Source: Paraspadella gotoi (Eukaryota; Animalia; Chaetognatha). From it: 64,000 nt of DNA. Where the stretch lies: NCBI GenBank assembly GCA_051294375.1, contig CM119265.1:17488018-17552017 (forward strand). The letters are read 5' to 3'. A program made the position numbers and the translations under genes. This document shows positions 1 to 21,603 of this stretch, in pieces (the stretch's first letter is position 1; every line of letters starts with the position of its first letter). Under the pieces are notes generated by a model. The model had not been told where the DNA came from. It did not search any database and worked only from the letters and a program-made list of their open reading frames with translations.

Positions 1-27
1 TTTTTATTCCGCGCTTGGCTCGCGTAG

Positions 28-8970
<8,943 letters not shown>

Positions 8971-10115
8971 CAACTATCCTCTGCTCTCCTCCTCTCCTCC
9001 TCTCCCCTATTACTTTGATATTGAAGAATCAAACCGAGGGCGTTTCGTTGGATGACGAACGCGTGCGCGTCGGCGCGACCACGTAAAAGTTGTTGCACCG
9101 TAGCACCTGCTGCTTAGTTGTACACGCATGGCATTACAGAAGACGCGCCGTCAATACTTTTTTTTTCGCGCTACGTTTTTGAGCTTCTTTGGGAAAGTTT
9201 TCGTGTTTCTGTATAGTTTGGAGTTAGTTTGGTGTCGAAATTTTTTTTTTCCTCTCTTTCTCCTATAGAATCGTCATTAATGAAACTGTGCCACACTTAT
9301 ATTTCTAAGGATATGGGTATTTTAATTCATTATCTTACAAGAAACGCCTTGTCATGAAAAAAGGTTTAGAAAGGGTACCGGTTTATTAATTCAAAGTTTC
9401 TTCGGTGAGAAAAGTTTAACGACCATGATGTTTTATTTCGATCGATCTAACTTATTCGACTTCATTGGGTAGGAAAATGTGATCGTAACTTCTCGAACTT
9501 TGTAGTCAACTTGTCAGATGTAGTCGAAAGTTATACAGACGTAGGTCACATTTTGTTACTTTTCGTCAATTTGTCAATCATTAATATGATTTAAATAGAT
9601 CATGAGTGATAAATTTTCACTCCTATATATCATTACTTTATTTTTTTCACGAGAAAGCCGTTTAAAGCATAGATAAAGCAAAGTCGATTGACACAACGCT
9701 AGATTTAACAATAATTCGTCATACCATAATCCCTGATTTTGGTCTCTTCTCTTTCTCTTCTCTTCTCTTCCTCTTTCTCTCTTTTTGTTCTAACGTTTAA
9801 CCTACTCATTTGGCCCCAATGGATCGGAATATTGGTCATTAATAAAAAAATATTGTACCTGTACTCCCATGTGTAATCTTTAACTAATTCTTAATCTGGT
9901 CACAAGCGATGACTCTCAAAGAATATCGTCATACCAAGTCGAAGTAAGTTATCGCTTTCTTCAGTTTGCCTAATGGATAAGAGCCTGATTAAATCAAATT
10001 GATTGTTTTGAACCTTGAATCAGTTACGTTTGGAGAATTACTAAGGGGTGGTGAGAGATAAAATATTGAAATTTTTGTTTTGTTCATAAATGTGCGTTCC
10101 GCATTTTTCGTCATC

Positions 10116-12099
10116 ATGTCTAAGCCTTTTGAAACAAGTCTTGAAATGCGGGCTCGTAGGTAAGTCAAATATTAATGTCATCAGAAGTTTAATGAGATTA
10201 AGAAAAATTCCCATTTTTCATATTCGTAGGTTGCAAGAGCTCGAGGTAGACACCGAGGAGAAATCGGGTAAGAATTAAAATGTAATACTATCAAGTGTGA
10301 TAACATAGTCTAACGTCTCATAATTGTTATGTTTTGAAGAACCTGCGTCCCAGTACGACAAGCGATCCTCTCTGCCTTTTAATCGAAATTCTCTTACCCC
10401 ACGTATTCCGTCCACCCCTACTCCTGCCCCCCCTACCAACTCTGCCAATACTCTTCCGTCGAAACTTGGGTAATCCGCTCAATTATTTTATAATGTATAA
10501 TTTTATTAAAATTATAAGTATAATTAATAGGGACTTATTATATGAGTAAAACCTGTCATTCTACGTATGAAGCAATTTCTAAAAACTGAATTTCGGCAGC
10601 GCCGATAGTCCTCAGACGACTCCGATTTTGAAGAAGCGGTTGGCCCCTCAGCCGCCCCAGATTGAGAAGGAGAGTCTATCGAAGCAACGCACAGCTGAGG
10701 ATCCTTCCATTGATATCGAGGAGAGACCGCAAACAGGGATCCCGCAGCCATCAGTCAGAAATTATCGCCCGGAGGATGTAAGCATCTGAAGGGCGTAACG
10801 AAAGCTTTGAAGGATATATATGTAAATATCGATATTATAAATCGTCATACCTTAATCTTCATACTCATAGCGTGACACGGACTTTCAATTCGACTCTCTC
10901 TCCCGCGCCGGGTCAGAATGGTCGGATGAAACCTGGCGATACACTGATGGCGGTGCCCTTCAGTTTCGTAAAGTCACGTTTAAAGGTATAATCGTCAAGA
11001 GAAAGAAACAGCAATTAGACCTCAAAAGAGAAATTATCATACTTTCACTCGGCAGATTTCCTAAAGAGAGGCTTCCTTGTGCCGACTTGGTACATTGGCA
11101 TTGTGCAAATGACCGTCGGTATTTCTACCGCCATTATCGCAATCGCCGAGATCCTTCTGCCGCAAGGGTCTGACGTTTATGGTAGGTCGGTTATTGTGCC
11201 CATTGTGGCCAAAACAGGTTTCCTCGATTTGTTAGTATTTATTTCTTTCACGTTTCTTTTTCCCCTCATTTTTCGCTTTAATATCCCCTCCTCAGGCAAC
11301 GCAAAGTGGTTCACCCTAAAAACCTACAATATCTTCGGTTTAAACGTCATTTCTTCTTTGACTCTCTTCGTTGCTGGCTGCTATTTGGTTCGAGCGCAGA
11401 TCAAGAACGACCTTCGTGTCGTCAAGTTGTCCGCAGGTGTTGATCCAGGCGCTGGATTAATATAAGGGATGTGATTAGATTTTGGGATTTTAAGAATTTG
11501 ACCGTTCTGACAATCGACTTTAATGAATTCTTCTCTGATGGCCATTTGCCAGGATACGCGGGGCTCAGCATCATTTTGCATCTGTTTGCGCTCATCATGC
11601 GTCTGGTCTTATTGTGGTTGGGTGATATCGCGCCAATAAAAATTGGTGGGTTGCTCCGGTTCAGACCCGAAAATTTGTCGTAAGATTGTTTGAATTGTTT
11701 ACATTATTGATTGATTGATTGGTTTGGTTTGTTCTGATATGTTGATTTGTTCAAAATGATTGGTTTGTTAATCAGTGGACCCGTCTCAGGTATTCCGATG
11801 TTCGTGGCCGGACTTTGCGTGATGATTCTAACCCTGTTTGGATTTTGGTTCTCGTCTCTCGGTTTCGGCGTCTACCTTCTCTTCGTTTTTAATCACGCTC
11901 AGGTCTGGGGAAAAAAAGGAAACAAGATCGCGAAGTCGCGCAAAAATTTATTCGGTGTTAACACGTTAACATTTTAATTTCAAATGATTTTGGTTTTGTT
12001 TCGTTTGCTAAGGAGGTGGAGAGTCTGAACGATTTGGGGAAGGACTTCGGACCTGCGGCGATCGACTTGTTGGATAGATATATGGGCGTCACCAACTGA
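10116..12099 (+). CDS. Uncharacterised four-transmembrane protein, possibly MS4A/CD20-like
   Basis: About 10 phase-compatible exons from MSKPFETSLEMRARR through a Pro/Ser-rich N-terminus, then four hydrophobic segments (WYIGIVQMTVGISTAIIAIAEILL; IFGLNVISSLTLFVAGCYLV; GYAGLSIILHLFALIMRLVLLWL; IPMFVAGLCVMILTLFGFWFSSLGFGVYLLFVF), ending DLLDRYMGVTN-TGA. Confidence 0.6.
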
Positions 12100-12209
12100 T
12101 CCAACTGGTTTTGATTTACATTTCGCAGAATTAACTTTTCGGTTTTCACTTCCGTGCTCCAGAATGAAAAAAAATTAGTATACGTTGCTTCTACTAAATT
12201 TGATTCGCC

Positions 12210-13169
12210 TAGGCGTGAAAAAAACGGTTAATTTTAAAAATTATCGGTTAAAATGCTAAAATTTAACCGGTTAACTGTTAAAATCGGTTAATTTTCCAAC
12301 TATCATTATAATGATAAAACTAAGTAACAAAAAATATTTTTTATTTTCAATAAAAATGAATTAAAAAAAAAATCATCAAAGAAAAAATTATAATAACAAA
12401 AAAAAATTATAAAAAAATCAACTAATGTTGGAAATAGAAAAGTGAGTTAAGTGGAATTAACTTTTTATAATTAAAATTGTCTGTTCCAAGTCATTTTAAA
12501 GAGGGACATTTATTAGCTCTTTTTATGTTAGCCTTCTTTAATGAGACAATGAGAGAGAAAGAGAGAAAAAGAGAGGGTGAGAGAGAGAAAAAAAAGAGAG
12601 AATGTTTGATAACATGTTAAGTTCAGATATTAAAAAGAAATTGAAATTCAGTTAGTACAGTAAAATATATTTAGGCAATGTAAATAAGTAAGCAGTAACG
12701 TGATTAAAATTTTAAATACGAAAGTAATAAATAACTAACATTGTTAAATAATAAACATTGAAATAAAATGAAAGTGAAGGTGAAAATAAAATAAAAAGTG
12801 ATTTTTTTTTTAATATGGTAAAATTATAAGAAGAAGAAAGAGCTCTCTTTCTCTTTATCATATATTGTGAAATTTTACAAACCAAATTTGTACTGAAGAA
12901 GGCTAACAACCTTGCCGAAACGTATTTCTTTTAATTAAAATAAATTCATAGTTTGAAATTACAAATTATTTTTTACTTTTAATACTTACATATATAATCT
13001 AAAATAGGGGAGAAAAGTTTTGAGAAATAGTTGAAAGCCTTGAAAAGGAAAACCATAGTACTTGAAATAAATAAAAGTTTAAATTAGTAAATTTTAAAAT
13101 TAACCGGTTAATTTTAACCAAATTAACCGATCGGTTAAAATTATTTTTAATCGGTGATTAAAACGTCTA
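12210..13169. mobile_element. Putative non-autonomous hAT-like element
   Basis: Ends TAGGCGT..ACGTCTA with clusters of CGGTT/AACCG motifs in both subterminal regions (12223-12295, 13100-13155), AT-rich non-coding interior, and degenerate 8-bp flanks GATTCGCC / GATGGGTC. Confidence 0.45.
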
Positions 13170-13737
13170 GATGGGTCTGATTTAGCTTTTCATCCGAGTT
13201 TAGTCTCATTGATACATTTACACTATTACATACAAATTTAAAAATAGAATGTAAGAAAATGAAAAAGGGTAAAATCACCAAATGTAAAAAATATCCGATA
13301 ATATTATTAAAGAATAAAGATTGTTCAATTTCTTTTGAAGAATAAATCGTAATTTTGTGCTCAAAAGTGATAACTTGGAGGATTTCAGGCTAATTATTTG
13401 AACATTTTTTTAAACGTCAATAGCTAGCTGTTGGATGTTCATTATTCAGGGTCTTCCAAATGCGCTGCATAAAGTTATTGTCATTTCCGCGCTCATTTTA
13501 CGTAGTATTAGTGCTTAAGTCGATTACTCTACAAAAGAAACTAACAAAAAAGGGAAAAATAAGGAAAATTCAAAGAAAACCGATTGGTTTTTTTCCTCTC
13601 ATTTAATGATAATGATTCTTTTCGGCTCGGAGATCTTCTTTTCGCTCCAAACGGTTAGAACTAGTCGATGAGCCTTTTCGTTTTCAACTCTTCCCCCTTT
13701 GCCATTCTTTTGATGATCACTGCCATGAAAGCAAAGA

Positions 13738-15916
13738 ATGATTTTTCTCCTTACGACGTTATTTATTGCTCACTTAATTTTCTGGCTATTTTATGGGTAA
13801 GTTTCGAAGTGAAATGATATTGAATTGCTTCAGATTATCTCGCCTGGAGTTTTAATCATGATAATTTGAGATTATAATTGATTCATGTTAATTAAGAAGA
13901 CCAATTGTGCTCCGTTGAGACGTTTTGAATATTTTATACTTTAACCCACTAAATAACCCTGCTAGAGGGTCAACTGCTAATTTTAAATTTGTTAAAATTA
14001 TTTTTATTTTTTTTATTTATTTATTTTTTTAATATTTCATGGATGATGACTCTTCTTTTCCTGGGAGCTCCTTCCTAAGCTCCACCTTCGGCCGGTCCTT
14101 TTTTCGTTTCTCCAACAGTTCGTCCGGGAACATCGATGTCTTTCACCCTGAAACGCCAGTCACGAACTTCATCGTCGACCACATGCCCAGACTGCGCCAG
14201 CCCTTCAAGCCGCCCTTATGGGTCCGTAACGGCCATTTGCAGACCTTCGGATTCTGGACGACAAAGTTCAGCAAGGCTGAAGTGGACAGTAGGCGCTACC
14301 GGGTCACGGCTCCGGACGGCGCAACAGTCACCTTTGATGTCTTCGAGCCGTCGCCGGACGAACAATGGGGGATTGGCGTCGACGTTACAGTTTGCCTGGT
14401 GCCGGGTCTCGGCAACTCTGCGGAATCTGGCTACGTCCGATCCTGCGCCAAGTTTCTTCGCAGTTGCGGCTTCCGGGTGGCGGTCCTGAATCACTTGGGT
14501 ACCGTCGCCGAGGTTCCGCTTACCTCGCCCCGGATATTCTGGTTTAATATATTTTATGATTTAACTTTGAATGTATTCACGAAAAACGCATTGTTAGCAC
14601 TCGAGAAAAAATATTCATTAATATATTGATATTTAAAATCCCGTTATCTGCTCATAAGGTCCATTATTATTAGTACTATTTAACACAAAGAATTCTTGCC
14701 TCAGCTATGGAAACACGGAAGAGTACGACTTAATGGTTCGCTGGGTTATCGAGCGCTACTCTGAATCTCTCTTCTTCTCCGTTGGATTTTCGATGGGCGC
14801 TAACATCGTCACCAAGCATTTGGGCGAGCATCACACCGCCAAGCCTTTCCTTGGAGCTCTGAGCGTCGGACAATGGTATGTTCAATTCGATTAGTAGTTT
14901 AAATTCAATTCGATAAAATGTACTGCTCTGCAGAAAGAAAAAATATTAAAAAATAAATATAATTTAAAAAAGGTAAAAAGAACAAAACAATTAACATTCC
15001 GCTGCCCCTACGCTAGTTGGTGAGACACCCCGCGCTCCATTGAAATAAGTTATCCATTTTCTATTCTCTTTTCTCTCTTTTCTTTCTTTATCCCACAGCT
15101 ACGACGCAATCGAGGCATACCGCAACCTCACCCTCCGTCACAAGCCCTACATGTGGGCCATGACGCGAGGAATGAAGAAGTTCCTCAGGGCTCACGAGAT
15201 TCCACTCTTCCTCAGCCCGCGCGCAAGAGACGTCGTCAACGCGAAGAACATCGACGTGGACCAACTCTTCAATGCTAACGATCTTCAGGCTATTGACGAA
15301 AACTACTATCGACGTTTCTGGGGGTTCGCCACGCTAGAGGTTTTCCTTATTCCGAGGAAGAAGAGGAAAAAATTGGCAATAATTGAAGTGAAAACACTTT
15401 TCCATCGCCTCTGAATCAATCCTTCGTTCCACCCGCCGAATTTTTTTTTACGCAGGAGTTTTACACGTCGCAATCGTGTTTCAACTATTTGGCCAACATC
15501 GAGATTCCCATCATGTTTCTCAACGCCCGCGACGATCCGCTAGTGCCGGATCAGCTCATCGATCTCCCTCGCCCGTTCGTCTCCGATTCGGGCTCCGCCA
15601 TCCTCGTCACCACAAAGGTTTTTGTGACTATTTCCGGAGAGAACCCGATTAATTTTTAAGAATTTTACTAGTTTAAATTTCTCATTCCTTTTCGCCGTAA
15701 CAGTACGGGGGTCATCTCGGATACTTCGAAGGAGGTTCCCACACGTGGCTAGAGAAATTCATCGTCGAGTATTGTGATTCGCTGCTTCTTCTGCGACAAG
15801 CGGAGATCGAGGGTGCCGTCGTCACTACGCATGCGCATCGGGACGCTAGCGAAGACGGGAAGGAGAGCGGTTGTGAAGGCCAATCGATCCAAGAAACGAG
15901 CGTATCTTTTGTCTAA
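13738..15916 (+). CDS. ABHD2: Alpha/beta hydrolase, monoacylglycerol lipase ABHD2-like
   Basis: Exons 13738-13796 (TM anchor MIFLLTTLFIAHLIFWLFYG), 14119-14541, 14705-14875, 15099-15339, 15456-15617, 15704-15916. Motifs GHLQT, PGLGNSAESGYVR, VAVLNHLG..LTSPRIFCYG, nucleophile GFSMG, NARDDPLVP and GGHLGYFEG. Confidence 0.9.
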
Positions 15917-16469
15917 ATAGTTAAAAATGTTTAAATAAAAAAATGTTTCCACTTGTTGGTTTCTTGGCCGGGGCGTCTCTTTTCTGTCTGTAGATTTCCC
16001 TTTGTCCGTCCAACCGTTCGCTTTATCATAAATGTTGATGTACTAGTTTGCTTTGACTACGCCGTGGTATGATAAGTAATTTCTGGAGAATGTTTTGAAT
16101 TTTTAATTACGGAGGAATTCAGTTGGGTTAGAAGGGGAAAAATACTAGCTAAGAATTTAAATAAAAAATTAATAAAAAGTATGTGATTGTCAAATGCTTA
16201 AAAAAAACATTCTTAGTAAGAACTAAGTATTATTTTTTGTTTTGGCAGCCAAAGCTACAAAACTGTTTTATTACGAAAAAAGCCGATTAAAAACGAAAGA
16301 ATTGACTGGCGGTATTATGACGCCAGCCATACTTCCGTCAAGCAACAAATGGAAAGGCGCAAAAATACTGTAAAAAATATAATATAAAAATGATGACGAT
16401 AAATACAAACTACTTCTTTCACGTCGACGGCGGGCGATTGTATGGAGCGCTATTCGTTTGGTCGAACTT

Positions 16470-17455
16470 TCACCAATCGTCTTCGTCGGAACTGTCGTCG
16501 GCGCCGACGCCGCCGCCCCTGATCGTCTTCTTGCCAACATCTCGACCGAACATCGTGAGTGCCGATTTTCCCCTGGGGCGTTCGGCGTTTTCGTCGGCCG
16601 GAGGCGTCGTCAAGTCGCCCGAGTAATCGATGACGCGTTGGGTGGCGATTCGCCACTCCATCATTGATGTTGAGAAGTCGTCGCGGTTTCCGAGGTCCGT
16701 AAATCCCACGATATAGTCGACAGTCTTCGAGTCTCTGCATGAAGGAAAGAAAAAAAGATAATTTGAATGAGAGTGTATGTCAAGTAAAGAACATCCAAAC
16801 TCGTTAAATATAGTAAAAAATTTTTGGTTAGTTAGTTTTTTAGTCTAATTTTCAAAAATCACGGACCTGACAAGACAAACAGTGGGCATGACCTTGATTT
16901 TCAACCTCTCCGTTAAAAAAGGCGCTTTCTCTGCATTGATTTTTATGAATTTCGTTTCCAAGTGTTTTCCCGCCAAAATTGCCAAGTGCTTGTCAACTAT
17001 TTTGCACCTGAAATATTATAAAATACTGATTTAAATAAGAAAATTCCCTAGGAAAGAGATGATTAATTTATTCGTTGTTGACCTAAAAGACGAGTCGATG
17101 TAGAAATGCGCAACGACGTTTTTCGACTTTTTCGTGACTTCGAAAAAATCTTTTTCAGTCGGGACTTCTTCGTATCTTCCATGACCGTTAGCGCGCCAGG
17201 TCTTAGGTAAGGTAAGATAAGATCGGGTATTGGTGAGTAAAGGGTCGATGAAGTTCACCCTTTCTATGCCCCACTCAACCTCACCTCCTTCTGCTCGGCG
17301 GCCTTCTTCATGGCGGTCATTCTCTTTCTCCGCAGCGCTTCCAACTCTTCATCGCCCATGGTTTCCAAAGAGTGGATCTCGGCGTCTACTCGCTCCATTT
17401 CTTGGTCCACGCGTTTTTCTATCATCTTCGTCACTCCCGTCAAGGCTTGCTCCAT
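16470..17455 (-). CDS. TXNDC9: Thioredoxin domain-containing protein 9 (phosducin-like 3)
   Basis: Four exons giving [126 protein letters not shown]. Confidence 0.93.
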
Positions 17456-18744
17456 GATTGGACTCGGAATCGGCACAGAAACGAGAAAATAGTGGTTACG
17501 ATTCTTCCGCAATATTACTTCCAGTCGAGGGACAATGAAAATTTTTTCTCGGGGCTAAAGGCGTCGCGTGCCGCGTGTCCTTTCTGATCTGAAGACTCGT
17601 CCGCCTATATTTCTCTAGTTCTTTCGCTCGTCGCCAACGACAAATGACGTCATGTGCTGCGTCGCGGAGCAGACTAAACGCAGTGGGAGCAGCGCTCGAC
17701 GCCGCTGAGGAAAACATGAGCAAAAGTTCTTGGACTTAACTTAATAAACGAATTATAATTAATTATAATTAATTATAAAACTTACTCAATTTACTAATGT
17801 GAGGGATGGCTTTAACTGGACAGAACTTTGAATAATCTTAGATGATCGAGCTGGTCTGAATTATACCTAACATCCTGATGAAAAACTGTATGTATCATTA
17901 GTTGTTTAGGTTACGTTTCATGCCTTACAACAGATCATACCCACATGTTGAAGGTGTAATTAGACTGTCGTGGAGGGTGAAGTAGTTGTTACGTTAGTCA
18001 GATACATTCTAGATAGCTGCTCGAGTCATGAAATGAATGATCATTTGTTTTAATTGGAGTACCATTCATAAAGGCATTCATATGATTTGTAAAGCGAAAT
18101 ACTTTTATTCTAAATAAATTCATCTGGCCTTCTTTTAGGTTTTGAACAAAGAACAGCCGAATTAAGAAATCTTAAAATAATTATTATTAATAATCTCCTC
18201 TCCCTATTAATAGAGAAAGCTGAAAAGAAAGGTAATGAATAATAGATATCGAGCAATGAATTATAAATGCAGGAAAATTTTTTATTTGTCAAAAATAAAA
18301 GTCCGATGATGAATCTTCGTGAAGGTCTCTAAAACAAAACCAATGTCCATTTTTCATGTCGTTTATGCCCATATAATGGTTCGATGTATTCATTTTATGT
18401 TGTTAAATCTAGTTTTAAATGTATCTTCGGTGGTTAACCCCTCGGTCCCCCCTCAGTCCTCACTGAGCAAGTGGAACACCTATTAAAATATCCGAAATCC
18501 TCACGCCGGTGCGGAACCCGCCAATATCTTTCAATTTCGTCATTTCATTGCTTCTTTTGATTCTAAATTGGAATCGATTTTCCCGAGTAAATATTGACAA
18601 TCCGTTCTTTGCATTCGTTTACTAACTCGTTTCCTCCCGATTTCCTTGTTTTCCCTCTGGCTTTTCGCTTTCATCTCATTCCTTTTAATTTTTTTGCCAT
18701 GAATAAGGCCATATAAGTCAAAAGCACAGTGTCACCAGATTGAG

Positions 18745-21073
18745 ATGTTTCTAAATGTCTTTGTCGTTCTCTTTCTGTTGTCGTCACCGTCATTCTCCTT
18801 AACGACCGACTATCGACCGCCTTTTAACGACCTGCGACCGACAGATAATTCTTTCTTGGATGCGGCGGTCGGCGCGACAACGCGAACGTCGCCTCAACCC
18901 CGTATACACGCCAGCGAGCGATTACGGCGCCCTGGCGACGCCACGGAGAAGTTACGTCGCTTTTTGAAGCGAAACGAGGAAGACGTTTTTCTTACTGGCG
19001 GTGTGGAGGTTGCGTTGACCTTCACTCTGTATCATGTGATAGAATTAAACGAAAAAAGTCAATTTCTCGACACCAACTTTTACGTGTTCCTTGATTGGGT
19101 CGACGAGACTTTGTCATGGCGGCCCGAGGATTTTGACGGCGTCAAATCGGTCATCATGCCGGCCAAATGGACGAGGAAGCCCGACTTGACCATCGTCAAT
19201 CAGTTGGACAAAGGTTTGGATCGTTGTGAAAAGGCTTGATCTTTTATTTGAAATATTTATTATTGGGTTCATAATGAACTTCATATTTAAACTTTGATTA
19301 AAGGTTTTATACTTTATTTTACCGAAAGATTAAAAAAAATCTCTCGGTTTACCATTTACCATTTACCATTACCATTTACCAGTCCACGGCTTTTGGTCCG
19401 ACGACGACGCTCCCACCATGTTATCGAGCGAGGGCCGTGTCTCGTGGGCGCCCACCTTCAAGGGAAGAACCGCCTGCAAGCTCGACGTCGTCTTTTTCCC
19501 CTTCGAAGATCAACAGTGCGAAATCATTTTTTCAACTTGGTTCAGCACCGTCGAGGAAATTCGTTTCAGGCCGTCCAAGGGTCAGTGTGACATAATTTTA
19601 AATAATTTGGACTGGGAGTCAAATATATTGAGAGAGATTAGTCTTTAACAACAACAAAATCACTAATACTTTGAAGGGAGCATAACTATGTACGGGGAGA
19701 AATTCACCGACAATACAAAATGGGAATTGAGCGCCAGTTGCGTCAAGGAGCGAAATCATACCTACCAGACGACGGGAGATTCTTATTCGGAAATTCACGT
19801 TCATCTGTTCATTCGCAGGCGAGAAGGATGATGATCTGACACTATTTTTTTTAAAAACATATTAAAAGTTATTAATGTTTTTGTTCGCTTTCCCCTTTAT
19901 TTCTTATATATACCTCAGAAAGGCGACGTTAGAGGTGTTCAACATTATGCTGCCGGCCTTCCTTATTCTCCTTCAGATCATCGGCGCTTTTTGGCTTCCG
20001 TTGGATTCTCCGGGGAAACCCTCGCTAGGAATGACGGTTTTTCTGGCGGCGACGGTGCAGAGCGCTTCCTTGAACGATCTCACCCCCGCCACCACGCCTT
20101 TTCCCATCGTCGGCGTCTTCCACGCCCTCAACATGGTCGTCGCTACGGCGCAAGTCCTCGCCACCGTTGTGGTTCTCGCCGTCAGGTCCGTTATACCAAT
20201 TTCATTAGTACATCACGGAGGCATTTTTATCAATATTCAAATAACCAAATAACTACATATAGTAATACTGGCGTTCTGTTTCGTTTGTTCTGTTTCGTTT
20301 CATTTCACCTTTTTTGCGCAGATACCAAGGGCATCTAAACACGAAAATGCCGTGGATTTTTGAAAGGTTTCTTAGTCTCTGCTCCGATTCGCTTCTCACT
20401 ACTAAGAAGGCGAGAAACGAAGTGGCTCAGAAGAGGATGAGATTCGATCAGGTGGTCTCTCGTCACTGGCAAACTGATTTGATGGCAGTCTGTCAGTCTG
20501 TTTCATCTTTTATAACTATGGTAAAAATATTAACGATTGATTTTGTGATTATTAAACAGGAAGAAAGAAAGGCAAAGGTGAAAGCGAAAGGCTTTGGATA
20601 TTTGGATCCAGGTAGTTACGAAAAATATTTTTTTGTATTATTACTTAATCATAATTTCTTGCTCTTTTTTCTTATCCTCCCGATCAACTCTTCAGGTGAA
20701 AATGAAATTCGATGGAGGTCACAGGATTTTGGGTGGACTTGGTCCGATAGCGGGGACGGCTTTTCCAGCTTAACCGCTGCCGTTTACGAACAGGTTTTTA
20801 AGCGATAAAACATTTTTTGAAAAACCAAAAACAAAAACAAAAGCGACTTTTCCATCTCCGCAGACGCGATTCAGTCGTCGACGCTGGGAAAAGTCGGATG
20901 AAGCGACGTCTCTCCGGCGCAAGTGGGAGACGTTGGCGATTCGACTCGATCGCCTCTTCTTTTCGGTCATCGTCGTTGTTTATTGCCTCGTCGTCCTCAT
21001 CGTCGTCGTCGAATCTTGTTTCAAGTCTCCCAATCGCAAGAACGTGTGCGGAAAAGAGATCACTAAGTATTGA
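18745..21073 (+). CDS. Cys-loop ligand-gated ion channel, nAChR-like non-alpha subunit
   Basis: Exons 18745-19213, 19383-19580, 19677-19818, 19919-20185, 20322-20451, 20560-20611, 20697-20793, 20864-21073. Signal peptide; WVDETLSWRP; KPDLTIVN; Cys loop CKLDVVFFPFEDQQC; M1-M3; M4 WETLAIRLDRLFF. No vicinal CC in loop C. Confidence 0.9.
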
Positions 21074-21150
21074 TTAGTGATTGCGATTGGGAGACTTGAA
21101 ACAAGATCCGACGACGACGATGAGGACGACGAGGAAATAAACAACGATGA
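20973..21150. repeat. Long inverted repeat: M4-coding sequence copied in inverted orientation just after the stop codon
   Basis: ~20973-21039 is the reverse complement of ~21081-21147 with two mismatches; TGATTAGTGATTG is a direct repeat at 21071-21083 and 21148-21160. Confidence 0.92.
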
Positions 21151-21603
21151 TTAGTGATTGTAAGAAACATTTTGTCAATGATTTATTAATTAAGTATTTA
21201 TTATATAACATACGAAGGCCGGTGTTGGTAAATAGCAGAGTAAATAAACTAAATATCTTGTCACCGATTAGACAGTGTACCAATAATTTTAATTATATCA
21301 AATAAGTATCTACGTTTGGAAAAGCGAAATTAGGATTCGAATTTCGAGGTTGTAGGTTTTTTTTCTGTCCATCCTTAGCTACTCCAAGTCGTCTTTCGGG
21401 CCAAAAAGCGCCATCGTTAAAAGGGGCGGTATTTGTCTTATTATACGAAAATGCCCGGTGTCATTCGCTTCGACAACTGTTTCACGTCAATGAGGTCCGT
21501 CCATTTCGTTTCGACGACTAAACATTGACAAACCTTTTTATTAAACAAAATGTAAACCGTTTTTGTCAATGACTTTTTGAGCTTTCACAAATATAAGTAA
21601 ATC

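Noticed and set aside
14039-14118. Start of the ABHD2 ORF at MDDDSSF
   Set aside because: Better explained as intron; an upstream exon at 13738 supplies the expected TM anchor in the right phase.
21074-21283. Minus-strand ORF resembling a second M4 helix (possible inverted paralog)
   Set aside because: It is only the ~67-bp inverted copy; no other channel exons are seen on that strand.
21443-21517. Possible minus-strand exon VETKWTDLIDVKQ
   Set aside because: Short, no family match, and the discoidin-like gene already stops at 22463.
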